Origin: a virus
Lineage: Duplodnaviria; Caudoviricetes
Length of the DNA: 57,994 nucleotides
Virus record (IMG/VR): IMGVR_UViG_3300044971_003295
Coordinates: 1-57,994 of that record
Strand: one strand, 5' to 3'
The notes under the pieces were generated by a model, which worked only from the letters and a program-made list of their open reading frames with translations, had not been told where the DNA came from and did no database searches. Positions 40,130 to 50,420 of this stretch are shown piece by piece; within the stretch, counting starts at the first letter, position 1, and each line of letters starts with the position of its first letter. The position numbers and the translations under genes were made by a program.

Positions 40130-40504
40130 ATGAAAACGAGTTGGGATACAAACCGCAAAAAGAACCTAATTCCGAATTACAAGATTGACGAAAAACTAAA
40201 AACCTTTGAGAGTTTTGAGAATTACAACAGAACTATCACCGCTGTTCGTAATGGCTCTCTCTACTCAATCACTCATTGGGATACAGTAATTCTGAATTAT
40301 GATGTTGATAACTCAGAAATCTTGTTCTTCCGGTCTTACTACATCAGCAACACAACAAGTAAATTGGTTGGCAGACTTATCCGAGCATTTCCGCAAGGAA
40401 CTTTTGATAGACTGCTAGAACGGCAACGACCACAAGACCGCTCACGCCTAATGCGTATGCGTAAAGGCAGTAGCAACCAACAGCCAGAAATCATTTACGC
40501 CTAA
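40130..40504 (+). CDS. Cassette gene: hypothetical protein
   Basis: GAAAGG RBS; Y.I..W.T.I...S.TTSK motif. Confidence 0.7.
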   Translation: MKTSWDTNRKKNLIPNYKIDEKLKTFESFENYNRTITAVRNGSLYSITHWDTVILNYDVDNSEILFFRSYYISNTTSKLVGRLIRAFPQGTFDRLLERQRPQDRSRLMRMRKGSSNQQPEIIYA

Positions 40505-40675
40505 CATTTGCCCTCACCGCAAGGTGGGGGCATTTGGCGTTCCAAATAAAAAATAAAAAATAAAATCAAAAGCCTCATTTAGAAAAAGACACCGCCAGCC
40601 CCGAGTTGCGAAATGTCGTAGGTTCGTGAGAAGATTATTATGCGAGTATCTCTCGCAGAAAACGAGGTGATTACT

Positions 40676-40924
40676 ATGGCAGAAATGCCCAATCTACACA
40701 TCTGGACTTCTAACCACACTTACTTACGAGATGGCACAAATCAAGTAAGTATGAGCGTTAGAACCTACATCAAAAACCTTGATGATGACTACAACAACAG
40801 CACAGCAATTTCCGAGGCACAAGTTATTTTTAGCGTTGAGGGATTTGCTAGGTTTGTCGGAGAGATGAACGAACATCTCGAAAAAATCAAGGCTGAGGTA
40901 GCCGAGGTTTCCGAAGTAGCGTAG
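40676..40924 (+). CDS. Cassette gene: hypothetical protein
   Basis: Promoter plus GAGGTG RBS. Confidence 0.7.
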   Translation: MAEMPNLHIWTSNHTYLRDGTNQVSMSVRTYIKNLDDDYNNSTAISEAQVIFSVEGFARFVGEMNEHLEKIKAEVAEVSEVA

Positions 40925-41151
40925 CCAGACCCAAGCCCACCCGAAAGGGTGGGTGAGGGGTCGGCAAAAATAAAAAATTTTGCGCTACGCGCAAAAATAA
41001 AAAAAAATAGAATTACACCGCTGCGCGGTGAAATTCTAAATAAAAAATAAAAACCTTCATTTATAAAATGAACGCCGTCGCCCCGTTTGCGTAATGTCGC
41101 CATTTCCGATAAACTAGAACTACGGAGTGTGTCCGTAGAAAACGAGGAGTA

Positions 41152-41373
41152 ATGAGTTGTAAGTGTGAAGACCGCCCCGCTTGCGGTTGCCTTAGCGAAA
41201 GCGGATACTACGATTACGCCGACCCACACGACTACGCAGACGAACAGCGTGAAAAGATGTTCTCTGACGAAGACGGCTGTGAAATGTGCGGTGTTCGCTG
41301 GAACAGGCAAGACAACGAAGACGACATAACTCAGGGTTTCCACGCTGAGTGTGCCGACACTATCGTAATCTAA
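41152..41373 (+). CDS. Cassette gene: Cys-rich acidic protein (CEDRPACGC)
   Basis: Promoter plus GAGGAG RBS. Confidence 0.7.
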   Translation: MSCKCEDRPACGCLSESGYYDYADPHDYADEQREKMFSDEDGCEMCGVRWNRQDNEDDITQGFHAECADTIVI

Positions 41374-41434
41374 CAAAAACCTAACCTGAGTAAGTTATCA
41401 AACTGCTCACCCAACAAAAATGAGAGGAAACAAA

Positions 41435-41599
41435 GTGCCAAAATACAGAATAACCTCAACTATTCAGTTTGAGTTTGAGGGAGAGTTTGCCAACGAAGCA
41501 GAAGCAGAAAAGTTTGCTGGCAACTACGACAACCTACAATACTCAATGCCTGTCGAACTAGACATTGAGGAACTAGAAGACGAGGAAGAAGATGAGTGA
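41435..41599 (+). CDS. Cassette gene: very acidic 54-aa protein
   Basis: GAGAGG RBS, GTG start, MPKYRITSTI...DEEEDE. Confidence 0.65.
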   Translation: MPKYRITSTIQFEFEGEFANEAEAEKFAGNYDNLQYSMPVELDIEELEDEEEDE

Positions 41600-41843
41600 A
41601 ACCAGAGAAAACCCATACTTGTCTTACTCGCTAGATAGTCTAGGAACTATCGCACAGCAATACGCTCTAATGCTTGGTGGTGGGCAAACCACGCTAGGCA
41701 ACGGCGACAATCTAGGCGAGGCATACGAACAAGTATGCGAGGCAATCGAAAGTCGTCAGGAAACGGATTATTGTAAGCACGGAAACTTCCGTTGGACAGA
41801 CCACGATATTCCTTGCGGTGCTTGCGAGTTTGGCGAGGACTAA
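41592..41843 (+). CDS. Cassette gene: protein with C.H...C..C motif
   Basis: Coupled ORF. Confidence 0.65.
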   Translation: MSETRENPYLSYSLDSLGTIAQQYALMLGGGQTTLGNGDNLGEAYEQVCEAIESRQETDYCKHGNFRWTDHDIPCGACEFGED

Positions 41844-42034
41844 CCAGCAACCAGATACCAGCCGAAAGGTTGGTATTTGGTGTTGCGAAAAATAAAAAAT
41901 TTGCTTCGCAAATAAAAAATAAAAATCAAAAGCACAGATAAAAAAGCATCGCCAGCCCGCCGCTTGACTTTCCAAGCGTTTCGTAGTTAGATAGTAATGT
42001 GAGGACTACACTCACAGAAAACGAGGATAGTAGT

Positions 42035-42319
42035 ATGTGCGACAACCCTGAACACAACCACGAAATACCTGAAATGAGCGAGGCAGAAGTAGAAAAACTG
42101 TTTATGCTCGCAGGTGCGTTGGTGCTAGGTATTCAGTATTCCTTTGACCCGTCAGTAAATTTCCAAGAAGCACCAGAGGAAATTATAGAAATGGGGAAAT
42201 GGGAAATGATGGTCAGAACCATAAGTATCAAAAACGAACTAGGTGAACTGATAGACACAATCCTAGAACGGCAAAGCGACAACAAATTTGAGAACATAAT
42301 CAAAGACTTTGATTTGTAA
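42035..42319 (+). CDS. Cassette gene: hypothetical protein
   Basis: Promoter plus AAACGAGG RBS. Confidence 0.7.
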   Translation: MCDNPEHNHEIPEMSEAEVEKLFMLAGALVLGIQYSFDPSVNFQEAPEEIIEMGKWEMMVRTISIKNELGELIDTILERQSDNKFENIIKDFDL

Positions 42320-42381
42320 GAGCACGACCTAAGCAAGTCGCAAAAAGGCTTACCCACCTAAACGAGAGGAACAGATAACTA

Positions 42382-42723
42382 ATGGCAGACTTTTACGGCG
42401 TATCAGTTTTGCTACCCCACGCAAAGGCTATTGCTTGGGATACTTGCCACAAGATTTATATCTTGATGGACAACGAACAAGTAATAAAAATGCGTGAATA
42501 CGGCTACGGCGACGAAAATGACCCAGACAGCCTAATCACCGCAGAGCAAATGACCAAGCAAGAAATGTTAGACACTATCCAAAAGTGGTATAACAGCAGT
42601 TGCTCATTACGCTTTATCAACGCAGTATCAACTGTGCCAGAAGGCACAGACCCAAATGAAGGGTTCGAAGTTATTATCGGTCAATTTGACGACGAGGACG
42701 ACGACACCGACGACGAGTATTAG
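42382..42723 (+). CDS. Cassette gene: hypothetical protein (AWDTCHKIY...W...C.LRFI)
   Basis: GAGAGG RBS. Confidence 0.7.
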   Translation: MADFYGVSVLLPHAKAIAWDTCHKIYILMDNEQVIKMREYGYGDENDPDSLITAEQMTKQEMLDTIQKWYNSSCSLRFINAVSTVPEGTDPNEGFEVIIGQFDDEDDDTDDEY

Positions 42724-42944
42724 ACCCCCCTCGCAACCTGAGCAAGTTGATAAACTGCTCACTAAACACACCGCCGCAAAAATAAAAAATTGCGCTCCGC
42801 GCAAAAAATAAAATTGCCGCTGCGCGGCAAAATAAAAATCAAAACCAGCATTTATAAAATGCAGGCCGTCGCCCTCGTTTGACGGACACGTCCGTTTGTG
42901 ACAGACTAGTTATGCGGACACCGTCCGTAGAAATCGAGGACAAA

Positions 42945-43388
42945 TTGGAAACTGAAACAGAGAGAGTCTGTGTCTTAGAAATCAACTCAGACTGCACTTG
43001 CGAAGAGTATGACGAAGAAACAGGCGAAAGCAAAGTAGACGACAACGGCTATCCCGTTATGTCTAATTATTGCTACGGTTGCTACGATGACGACCTAGTG
43101 GCCTTGAAGTATGACGTATTACCTGAGTGGCTTGGAGCAAACGGTTGGGATACCGACACCAGAGTTACAATCAGAGGCTCAAGGATGGGTTGGACAAACG
43201 ATAGCGGGTATCTAACTACCACAATCGAATCAGCAGAAAAATTGCTTGATAAGTTGCGTATCAACGGCGACTACACCTTGCGATTCTATCGCAAGGGTAA
43301 GAACCTTGAAGTTGTAAGGTCAAGCCACGACGAACTTGGAGCGTTGTTTGAGTTTGAGTTAGCCGAAGAAAGTGATGAAGATTACTAA
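42945..43388 (+). CDS. Cassette gene: acidic protein (GW...SG; SHD..G)
   Basis: Promoter, GAGG RBS, TTG start. Confidence 0.7.
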   Translation: METETERVCVLEINSDCTCEEYDEETGESKVDDNGYPVMSNYCYGCYDDDLVALKYDVLPEWLGANGWDTDTRVTIRGSRMGWTNDSGYLTTTIESAEKLLDKLRINGDYTLRFYRKGKNLEVVRSSHDELGALFEFELAEESDEDY

Positions 43389-43584
43389 CAGTAGTCTACC
43401 TAGCCCTGCCGAAAGGCAGGGTTAGGCCACTTGCGGCGGAAAAATAAAAAATGCGCTACGCGCAAAAATAAAAAATAAAAATCAAAAGCTCAATTAGAAA
43501 AGCATCGCCCGCCCGCCGACTTGCGTAATGTTGCCGTTTGTGAAAGAATTGTCTTGCGGGACTATCCGCAGAAACGAGGAAATC

Positions 43585-44052
43585 ATGGGATTAGACATGT
43601 ATCTTTCGGTTCGCAAATACGCTTCGGAGTATTCAGGCGACATACCGAAAGCCGACATCGAACAGGCAATTCGCCTATTCGGTTTCAATCCGTCAGAAAT
43701 GGGTTCGGGCTACACCGCCGCAGAAATCAGACTGACCGCTATCTATTGGCGTAAAGAGAACGCTATTCACAACTGGTTTGTGAAAAATGTTCAAGACGGA
43801 ATAGATGAGTGCCAAAAAGCGATGGTATCAAGAGAGCAACTAGAAAAACTGAAATCGGAGTGTGAGGTTGTTCTAGCCTTTCCAGAGAAAGCAAGTAGTG
43901 TCTTACCGACAGCCAGCGGGTTATTCTTTGGTGGAACGGAGTTTGATGACTGGTATTATGAAGGCATCAAGATAACTCGCGACAAACTCGCTAAGATACT
44001 CACCGACCCGACCTTCAAAGATTGTGAATTTGAATACCAATCTAGTTGGTGA
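43585..44052 (+). CDS. Cassette gene: phage protein (MGLDMYL...YWRK.NAIH.WF type)
   Basis: Recognisable motif; AAACGAGG RBS. Confidence 0.75.
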   Translation: MGLDMYLSVRKYASEYSGDIPKADIEQAIRLFGFNPSEMGSGYTAAEIRLTAIYWRKENAIHNWFVKNVQDGIDECQKAMVSREQLEKLKSECEVVLAFPEKASSVLPTASGLFFGGTEFDDWYYEGIKITRDKLAKILTDPTFKDCEFEYQSSW

Positions 44053-44257
44053 TAACCGCCCTGCCCTCTCTACGGAGAGGGTAGGGTCATTGCCGCGAAA
44101 AATAAAAAATGCGCTTCGCGCAAAAAAATAAAAATTTCGCTGCGCGAAATAAAAGCAAAACCTCAATTAGAAAAGCATCGTCGTTCGCGCCGTTTGACTA
44201 AATCGCCAAACTATGAAAGACTAGTTATGCGAACGCCGTTCGCAGAAACGAGGAAAA

Positions 44258-44626
44258 ATGTCTGAAACAAAGAAAGCAGTTGTTGTTCAGCCGAACGGAA
44301 CTGCCGAAGTTATTGAGTTTACCAGCGATACCGCTCTGGCAACTCTACAAAAAGCAGTAGACGGCTACATCGAACCCGTATCCCTTGACGAGAATTTCGT
44401 TATGTGGGTAAACGAAGAAGGGCTACTACGCAACGACCTAGTATCAAACTATGTCGGAGCAATTCTTTACCAAGAGGTATTCCAAATTCCAAATCCAATC
44501 AACGGCACTATCGTCTTTACAGGCGGAACTGACGAAGAGGGCTACACGCAGGGTCTAACCACCGCACAAGTATTCGCAGCGTTGAGTATGGCGGATGTAG
44601 CCTACAAAGCATCAAACCAGCAATAA
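44258..44626 (+). CDS. Cassette gene: DUF3846-like protein
   Basis: L..LQ.AV.GYIE.V...VNEEG...N...I.G..V..G. Confidence 0.75.
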   Translation: MSETKKAVVVQPNGTAEVIEFTSDTALATLQKAVDGYIEPVSLDENFVMWVNEEGLLRNDLVSNYVGAILYQEVFQIPNPINGTIVFTGGTDEEGYTQGLTTAQVFAALSMADVAYKASNQQ

Positions 44627-44819
44627 GTTTCCCTCGAAATCACCTGAGCAAGTGGCTAAACTGCTCTCTCCTTGCCTTTGGCAAAAATAAAAATTTGCGC
44701 TTCGCGCAAAAATAAAAAATAAAAACACATTTAGAAAAGCAAGCCGCTCGACCCGATTTGCGTTTAGTCGCGTTCTGTGGCAAACTGATTATGCGGACAC
44801 TCCGCAGAAACGAGGAAAA

Positions 44820-45449
44820 ATGTTTATTGTCGAAGACATAAGAACTTGGTTTACGCCCTCAACTATCGACGAGTATCGTAGACTAATAAAACAGCCAACT
44901 CACAAAATAAATAGTGAAGATGAAGTTTGGAACAACTCTCTAAGTCTTTCTCAGTTTGTAGTCTACGGATACCCTAAGCCGAGAGATTACGGACAGGTAA
45001 ACTCAGGCTACCAACGCACTTCCGAGCCTATGAAACTAGGGTTGGTATCGCCAGAAGATTACGAGTGGCAAATTGCCGTAGAAAACTACTACCAATCAAA
45101 CTTGTTCGGTCAATACATACTGAACGATGAGATTAGAGAGCCAAAACTTGCCAAAAGTAAGTATCGCCTACACTACGCTAGGTTGCTACTTCCGTTCAAG
45201 CCCTTCCATTGGTCAAGTAGAGATTATTGGTCAAAAGAAGGCTCTCCGTTTATTCCCTGCTACTACATAGAGCGACTAGACGAAACAGGCAAAAAGGTCA
45301 GGAAATACATAGATTACTTTGCCGTAGACAACGCTTTCGTCTTAGAGCCTACGGGTTGGAACAAATCAGGCAGACGCTCACACACAATCCCCGAAGATTG
45401 GCTGAGTGGCAGACTTGATGGACTAGACGGATACGCCAAATTCGCATAA
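44820..45449 (+). CDS. Cassette gene: hypothetical protein
   Basis: Promoter plus AAACGAGG RBS. Confidence 0.7.
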   Translation: MFIVEDIRTWFTPSTIDEYRRLIKQPTHKINSEDEVWNNSLSLSQFVVYGYPKPRDYGQVNSGYQRTSEPMKLGLVSPEDYEWQIAVENYYQSNLFGQYILNDEIREPKLAKSKYRLHYARLLLPFKPFHWSSRDYWSKEGSPFIPCYYIERLDETGKKVRKYIDYFAVDNAFVLEPTGWNKSGRRSHTIPEDWLSGRLDGLDGYAKFA

Positions 45450-45683
45450 CCCACGCCCTACACCGCAAGGTGTAGGGTTTGGCGTTTGCGGAAAATAAAA
45501 AAAATTCGCTGCGCGAATAAAATAAAAAATAAAAAATCAAAAAACACATTTACAAAAAACACGCCGCGCCCGCCCGTTTGACTTTCACCGCTATCGGTGG
45601 CAAACTATAAATGTAGAGCGGCGGCCTTTCGTTCCCCCCCCCCTGATACCGCCGCTCTACACCTACAAATCGAGAGGAATAAA

Positions 45684-46055
45684 ATGTCGCTAGATTGGAA
45701 CGCGTCAAAAGTCCCAAACATAGATTGGGACAACGAAGATGAGTCAAACCGAGTTGGTCGGTTCGCCTTTGTCTTGATGTTTCTCGGTATCGGTTCGGTA
45801 TCGGAAACCAATGTTGCCGAAGTAATTGTTCGCAACAAAATCCACGAGGCTTTGTTCGGGCCAGCGTATTACTACATAGACGAGGCCACAGGCGTTCGCA
45901 AGAGCGCTTACGACGCCGAGTTTATTCGCAAAATGGTCGGATACAGCACCAATGTTAGCACCGAGCCAAGAGCGAAGTGGCTAAAGCGTATGACCGACAG
46001 CGCAATCGCAGACCAAGTTAGGCAAGCCCCCCAAGCCGAGCCAGCGTTAGTCTAA
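45684..46055 (+). CDS. Cassette gene: hypothetical protein (MSLDW...G..TNV)
   Basis: GAGAGG RBS. Confidence 0.7.
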   Translation: MSLDWNASKVPNIDWDNEDESNRVGRFAFVLMFLGIGSVSETNVAEVIVRNKIHEALFGPAYYYIDEATGVRKSAYDAEFIRKMVGYSTNVSTEPRAKWLKRMTDSAIADQVRQAPQAEPALV

Positions 46056-46112
46056 GCACCAAGACCTGAGTATGTCTAAAACTGCTCACCCACTCCAACA
46101 GCAAGGACAAAA

Positions 46113-46292
46113 ATGCCAAAAAAATCAGTAGTTGATACGAGTGCCAAAGTGTGCGAAATGTGCCTACGAAATCCAGCAAAGGTTGATGTAGTAGTGCCAA
46201 TGGGCTTAGGCGAAAACTACGGCTGGGCTTATTGCGAAATGTCGCTATGCGCCGTATGTGTCGAAAGTCTGCCAGACCTGAAAACCAAATAG
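46113..46292 (+). CDS. Cassette gene: 59-aa CxxC...CxxC protein
   Basis: AAGGA RBS; below the track cutoff. Confidence 0.6.
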   Translation: MPKKSVVDTSAKVCEMCLRNPAKVDVVVPMGLGENYGWAYCEMSLCAVCVESLPDLKTK

Positions 46293-46480
46293 AACCGCAC
46301 CTGAGCAAGTGATAAAACTGCTCGCCTCAAAAAATAAAATAAAAAATTGCGCTCCGCGCAAAATAAAAAATAAAAGCAAAATCCTCATTTAGAAAAGCAT
46401 CGCCGTCGCCGCCGTTTGCGAATGTCAGCGTTATGTGGCAAACTGATAGTGCGGAACAACCCCCGCAGAAATGAGCAATC

Positions 46481-47155
46481 GTGGAAACAGCAACTACCGC
46501 AACACTTGAGGTTCTAAATAAAATGTTCCTCGAAAACACTGGTCGCAGTTTTTTGGACAGTGGCAATGCCTACGGTCGGCACTTTGAACGCCAGCAGTCG
46601 ATTAGTAACGCCGAGCGTGAGCAGGGAAAAACCAGCGTCGATGAATGGGGAAACATCACCGTTCCATTATTCCCAGCAATTTCGGCTGTGGTTGAGTATG
46701 ACCCTGAACTAAATGAACAGTGGAAAAAATTCGATGCCGAACACCCTGACGATTCTTGGCACGATACGATGGGAATGTTCTTAGATGAACTAGGCGTTTC
46801 AAGGACTGGCGACCTTTACAGTGACAGTTTCCGCTACGGGGTCAATTCTTACAACAGCGAAAACTACCTGAGCCAAGATTTCCAAGCCGAGATTTTTGCT
46901 TACGGTTTCGAGATGTATGCCCTGCTTCAGATTCACGGTGGCACTGACATTCGCGGAGGATACACCGCACCCGTAGTGTTCAAGTGCGACTGGGAATCCT
47001 TAGTGACTCTAGGGCAGACAGCGTTCCTGAACTGTGCCGAATGTGATTTTGATTTAGTGATGAATGTTGTTGACGGTATCGTCGAATCAACTGACGACAT
47101 ACCTGACAACTGGGAACTGAAAAACGGTTGCCCACGCTGTAAATCGAAATTCTAA
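46481..47155 (+). CDS. Cassette gene: phage protein (ENTG..FLDSG...GR; QIHGG.D.RGGY..P) with Zn ribbon
   Basis: Promoter, GTG start, enzyme-like conserved motifs. Confidence 0.75.
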   Translation: METATTATLEVLNKMFLENTGRSFLDSGNAYGRHFERQQSISNAEREQGKTSVDEWGNITVPLFPAISAVVEYDPELNEQWKKFDAEHPDDSWHDTMGMFLDELGVSRTGDLYSDSFRYGVNSYNSENYLSQDFQAEIFAYGFEMYALLQIHGGTDIRGGYTAPVVFKCDWESLVTLGQTAFLNCAECDFDLVMNVVDGIVESTDDIPDNWELKNGCPRCKSKF

Positions 47156-47366
47156 CCCCGAACCACCGCCGAGCATTAGACCCCCTAATGCTCGGCGGAA
47201 TCGGCGTTCAAAAATAAAAAAATTCGCTACGCGAATAAAAATAAAAAATAAAAAATAAAATCAAAAGCTCAATTATAAATCGTCGTCGTCGGCCAGGTCG
47301 TTTGACTCGCGACCGCCGATGCGATAGTCTGGTGATGCGGGTCGCCCCCGCAGAAAAGAGTGGAAA

Positions 47367-47798
47367 ATGATTGTACAAATTGTTGAAATGGAGAGAGACG
47401 AAGGTTGCGAGCACTTGGATGATGGCAAGTGCCAGCAGCACCGCATCGTTGGAGAAATCGACACAGACTCAGTGTTCTGGGCCTACGCCGAATTTCTAGA
47501 CAACGGCGAGTGGGTAAGAGATGACGGCGTTGTTTCTTACCAGCGCGACAGCATCGCCGTCCCTAACCTTGAGTATGACCCCGATGTTGCCTTGTTCTTT
47601 GCGGGTCAAGGTTTGGCCAAGGTTGGTGACACCAGAGATTATGACGATTGGGTCAAACTACAGAAACAGGTCAACTGGGAAAATCGAGTTGATGGCGAGT
47701 GCGAGATTTGCCACCACGCCTATCCAGCGAACTGCACTTGCCCGAGCGATGTGGACTGTCCAAATTGCTTAGCAGGCTCAGTCTGCATCTTTCACTAG
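47367..47798 (+). CDS. Cassette gene: Cys-rich protein
   Basis: Promoter; C-terminal CEIC..C.C...CPNC...C..H. Confidence 0.7.
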   Translation: MIVQIVEMERDEGCEHLDDGKCQQHRIVGEIDTDSVFWAYAEFLDNGEWVRDDGVVSYQRDSIAVPNLEYDPDVALFFAGQGLAKVGDTRDYDDWVKLQKQVNWENRVDGECEICHHAYPANCTCPSDVDCPNCLAGSVCIFH

Positions 47799-47852
47799 CA
47801 ACACCGCCTGAGTATGCGGAGAAACTGCTCACCCAACAATAAGGAGAAACTG

Positions 47853-48014
47853 ATGACCAAAAAAGATTATCAACTTATCGCCCAAGCAATCGCTGATACT
47901 TGGTGCGATGCCGCGGCACAACTTGCCATTGCCGAGAACATCGCTAAAGCATTGGCAGACACCAACCCGTTATTTGATAGAGACCGCTTTCTAGCAATGT
48001 GCGGAGTGGCCTGA
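47853..48014 (+). CDS. Cassette gene: small protein (MTKKDY..IA...NP.FD.DRF..CG type)
   Basis: AAGGAG RBS. Confidence 0.7.
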   Translation: MTKKDYQLIAQAIADTWCDAAAQLAIAENIAKALADTNPLFDRDRFLAMCGVA

Positions 48015-48211
48015 ACCACGCCCCAGCCGAAAGGCTGGGGAACAGGCGTTCAAAAAATAAAAATAAAAATAAAAATAAAAATTTACGGCTGCGCCGCAAA
48101 AATAAAAATAAAAGCTCATTTACAAAAAGCACGCGCCGCTCGGTCGTTTGCGTAATGTTGCGTTTCGTGGCAAACTATAAGAGCAGCACCACAACCAAAC
48201 AAGGAGATCAG

Positions 48212-48451
48212 ATGCAAATCACTCACGTAGCAAAGACGGACAGCGGAGATTACACAATTTCTTCGCTACCTTGCCCAAAGTGTTCGGTAGTATTCACCAC
48301 CGAAATCACGGGCGAGCAGTTGTTCAAAATCAACAACAACGCCCTAATTCAAGACATCGGCTTAGACCTTACCGCAGACCAGCGAGAGCAGTTTATCTCA
48401 GGGTATTGCGGAACGTGCTGGGCTGAAGAATTCTTTGGGGATGAGGACTAA
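48212..48451 (+). CDS. Cassette gene: Zn-binding protein (CPKC...RE..ISG.C..CW)
   Basis: AAGGAG RBS. Confidence 0.7.
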   Translation: MQITHVAKTDSGDYTISSLPCPKCSVVFTTEITGEQLFKINNNALIQDIGLDLTADQREQFISGYCGTCWAEEFFGDED

Positions 48452-48573
48452 TGGCACAAGCAGGATACATCAATTGCTCGGGCTGCGGGCGTTTGTTCAG
48501 CGCAGAGAGCAAAGATGAAATGGACTTGCTACTCTCGCACACCTGCGAAGACGAGGAAGGAGAAGAAGAATGA
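48451..48573 (+). CDS. Cassette gene: 40-aa CxxC..H.C peptide
   Basis: TAATG overlap; GAGG RBS. Confidence 0.55.
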   Translation: MAQAGYINCSGCGRLFSAESKDEMDLLLSHTCEDEEGEEE

Positions 48574-48716
48574 ACCCCGAACTCGCGAAAAAATTCGTAG
48601 CAATTCTCAATGCTTACGAAGACCGAGAGATTAGTGCCGAAGAAGCACTAATCCGTATCCAAATCGCCGTAGCCAACGCTAACGAAGATGCGGAACACAA
48701 CGAAATCACTCTCTAA
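48570..48716 (+). CDS. Cassette gene: 48-aa helical peptide
   Basis: ATGA overlap; AAGGAG RBS. Confidence 0.55.
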   Translation: MNPELAKKFVAILNAYEDREISAEEALIRIQIAVANANEDAEHNEITL

Positions 48717-48952
48717 CGCTGCCCGAAGCCCACACCGAAAGGTGTGGGCCTTGGCGTTTGCGAAAAATAAAAAAAAATAAAATTTGCGGCTGCGCCGCAA
48801 AAATAAAAAATAAAACCAAAAGCTCATTTACAAAAGACACGCCGCTCCGCCCGTTTGACTTCCGTTGCCGTATGTGGCAAACTAGTATTGCCAGGCAGTA
48901 AGTAATCCCCCCCCTTTCGTTGCTTACTGCCTGGCCTTATCTAAGGAGATAG

Positions 48953-49135
48953 ATGACCACCGCAACCACCGACAGAATAGAAATGTTGAGCCGAAACTTG
49001 GCCAGACACCAAATCATTATTTCGCTACTAAGCAAAAAACAGAAATGCGATGAAAGCGAAAAACCCTGCGACATTTGCTACGGATTTGATTTAGCAATCA
49101 AACTTGTCCAAGACCAACTAGAACCCGAGAATTAG
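48953..49135 (+). CDS. Cassette gene: hypothetical protein
   Basis: AAGGAG RBS. Confidence 0.65.
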   Translation: MTTATTDRIEMLSRNLARHQIIISLLSKKQKCDESEKPCDICYGFDLAIKLVQDQLEPEN

Positions 49136-49143
49136 GAGAACCA

Positions 49144-49311
49144 ATGATACCTTGCGAAGTGTGCGGAAAGGACACCGCCGACACAGGCGAGCCTTGTGAT
49201 GAGTGTATGAACCCGTCATTCACCAAGCCAGACTTTGGCAGCAGACCTGCTGATGAGTATTTCGCCTACATAAAGAGCGACGCTTACATCGCCTATCTCA
49301 ACAGCAACTAG
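49144..49311 (+). CDS. Cassette gene: 55-aa CxxC...CxxC peptide
   Basis: AGGAG RBS. Confidence 0.55.
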   Translation: MIPCEVCGKDTADTGEPCDECMNPSFTKPDFGSRPADEYFAYIKSDAYIAYLNSN

Positions 49312-49497
49312 CACCGAGCCGCCCTGCCACTTTCGAGTGGCAGGGTTTCGGCTTTGCGGAAAATAAAAATTGCTGCTCCGCAGCAAAAATAAAATTTGCT
49401 GCTCCGCAGCAAAAATAAAAATCTAAAAGCTCATTTATAAAAGACACGCGCCGCTCGGTCGTTTGACTAAGTGCCGTAATTGTGAAAGACTATTCTT

Positions 49498-49683
49498 GGA
49501 CCCAAACGCTGGCTGGTAAAGGCTATGGGCGTTGGCTATGGCGGTCATAGCAATCGGCTTACCAGAGCCGACACAAGATAGCGGAGAGAGTGAATAAAAT
49601 ACCGCTCGCGACCTTAGGCAGTTGCTACCGATTACAAGCCTATAACTGCGTAAGGTGCTAGGGAGAGCAACCCCCTAGCACCG
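49498..49683 (+). ncRNA. Candidate structured RNA carried as cassette cargo or leader
   Basis: Starts at the predicted TSS; at least five helices and a possible pseudoknot; no ORF with an RBS. Confidence 0.5.
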
Positions 49684-49711
49684 AACTCCAACCCAACAAC
49701 AAGGAGATACA

Positions 49712-49954
49712 ATGCCAGAAACACAAATACTCGCAAGGTATGAAGAAGACGGGCTTGCCTGTGAGATTACTTGCGAAAACGGAGAGTATTGGTTTGTAGA
49801 TACTTACCGCACCACCGAAGATAACGAGATGGTATGGCTCAACAATACCGGCTCGCTTACCACCTACGCCGAAGCGTTCGACGCCTTCCGTCTAGACCTA
49901 GACTGCTTCTTCGGCAAGGAGTTTCACCCAACAATGCTAGTCCGCAACAAGTAG
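49712..49954 (+). CDS. Cassette gene: hypothetical protein
   Basis: AAGGAG RBS. Confidence 0.65.
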   Translation: MPETQILARYEEDGLACEITCENGEYWFVDTYRTTEDNEMVWLNNTGSLTTYAEAFDAFRLDLDCFFGKEFHPTMLVRNK

Positions 49955-50153
49955 CAACCACCGACCCCTGCCGAAAGGCAGGGTGTTCGGCGTTTCAAAT
50001 AAAAAATTTGCGGCTGCGCCGCAAAAAATAAAAAGCGGCTACGCCGCAAAATCAAAAGCTCATTTACAAAAGACACGCCGCTCCCCCGATTTGCGAAGTG
50101 TGCCAAATTATGTAATGATTAGATGGGGAACTATCAAAAACAAGGAGAACCTG

Positions 50154-50420
50154 ATGAACAATCAACCACTCAGCGCCACAATCAACAAAGCCCGAGCAAT
50201 CACTTATGTTGCCAGCAACAACCCTGATGCCTTCACCACCGCTCAACTAATCCAGATTATCAAATACGCTAACGCTGTCCTTCACACCACCAGCATAGCC
50301 TTATACCCAGACGGCTTGCCGAAAACGCCTGCTGATGTGAAAGACCAACTAGAGTCAGTAATTGCCAGAGAAGTAGCAATCTTTGAGAGAGAAGTTAGAG
50401 CAACTCTGCCTAAATTCTAA
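50154..50420 (+). CDS. Cassette gene: hypothetical protein
   Basis: AAGGAG RBS. Confidence 0.65.
   Translation: MNNQPLSATINKARAITYVASNNPDAFTTAQLIQIIKYANAVLHTTSIALYPDGLPKTPADVKDQLESVIAREVAIFEREVRATLPKF

Noticed and set aside
47999-48211. N-terminal extensions in track ORFs (47999, 49983, 45597, 42879, 43528, 51510, 51955)
   Set aside because: They translate repeat or promoter DNA (KNKNK runs); RBS-supported starts lie downstream
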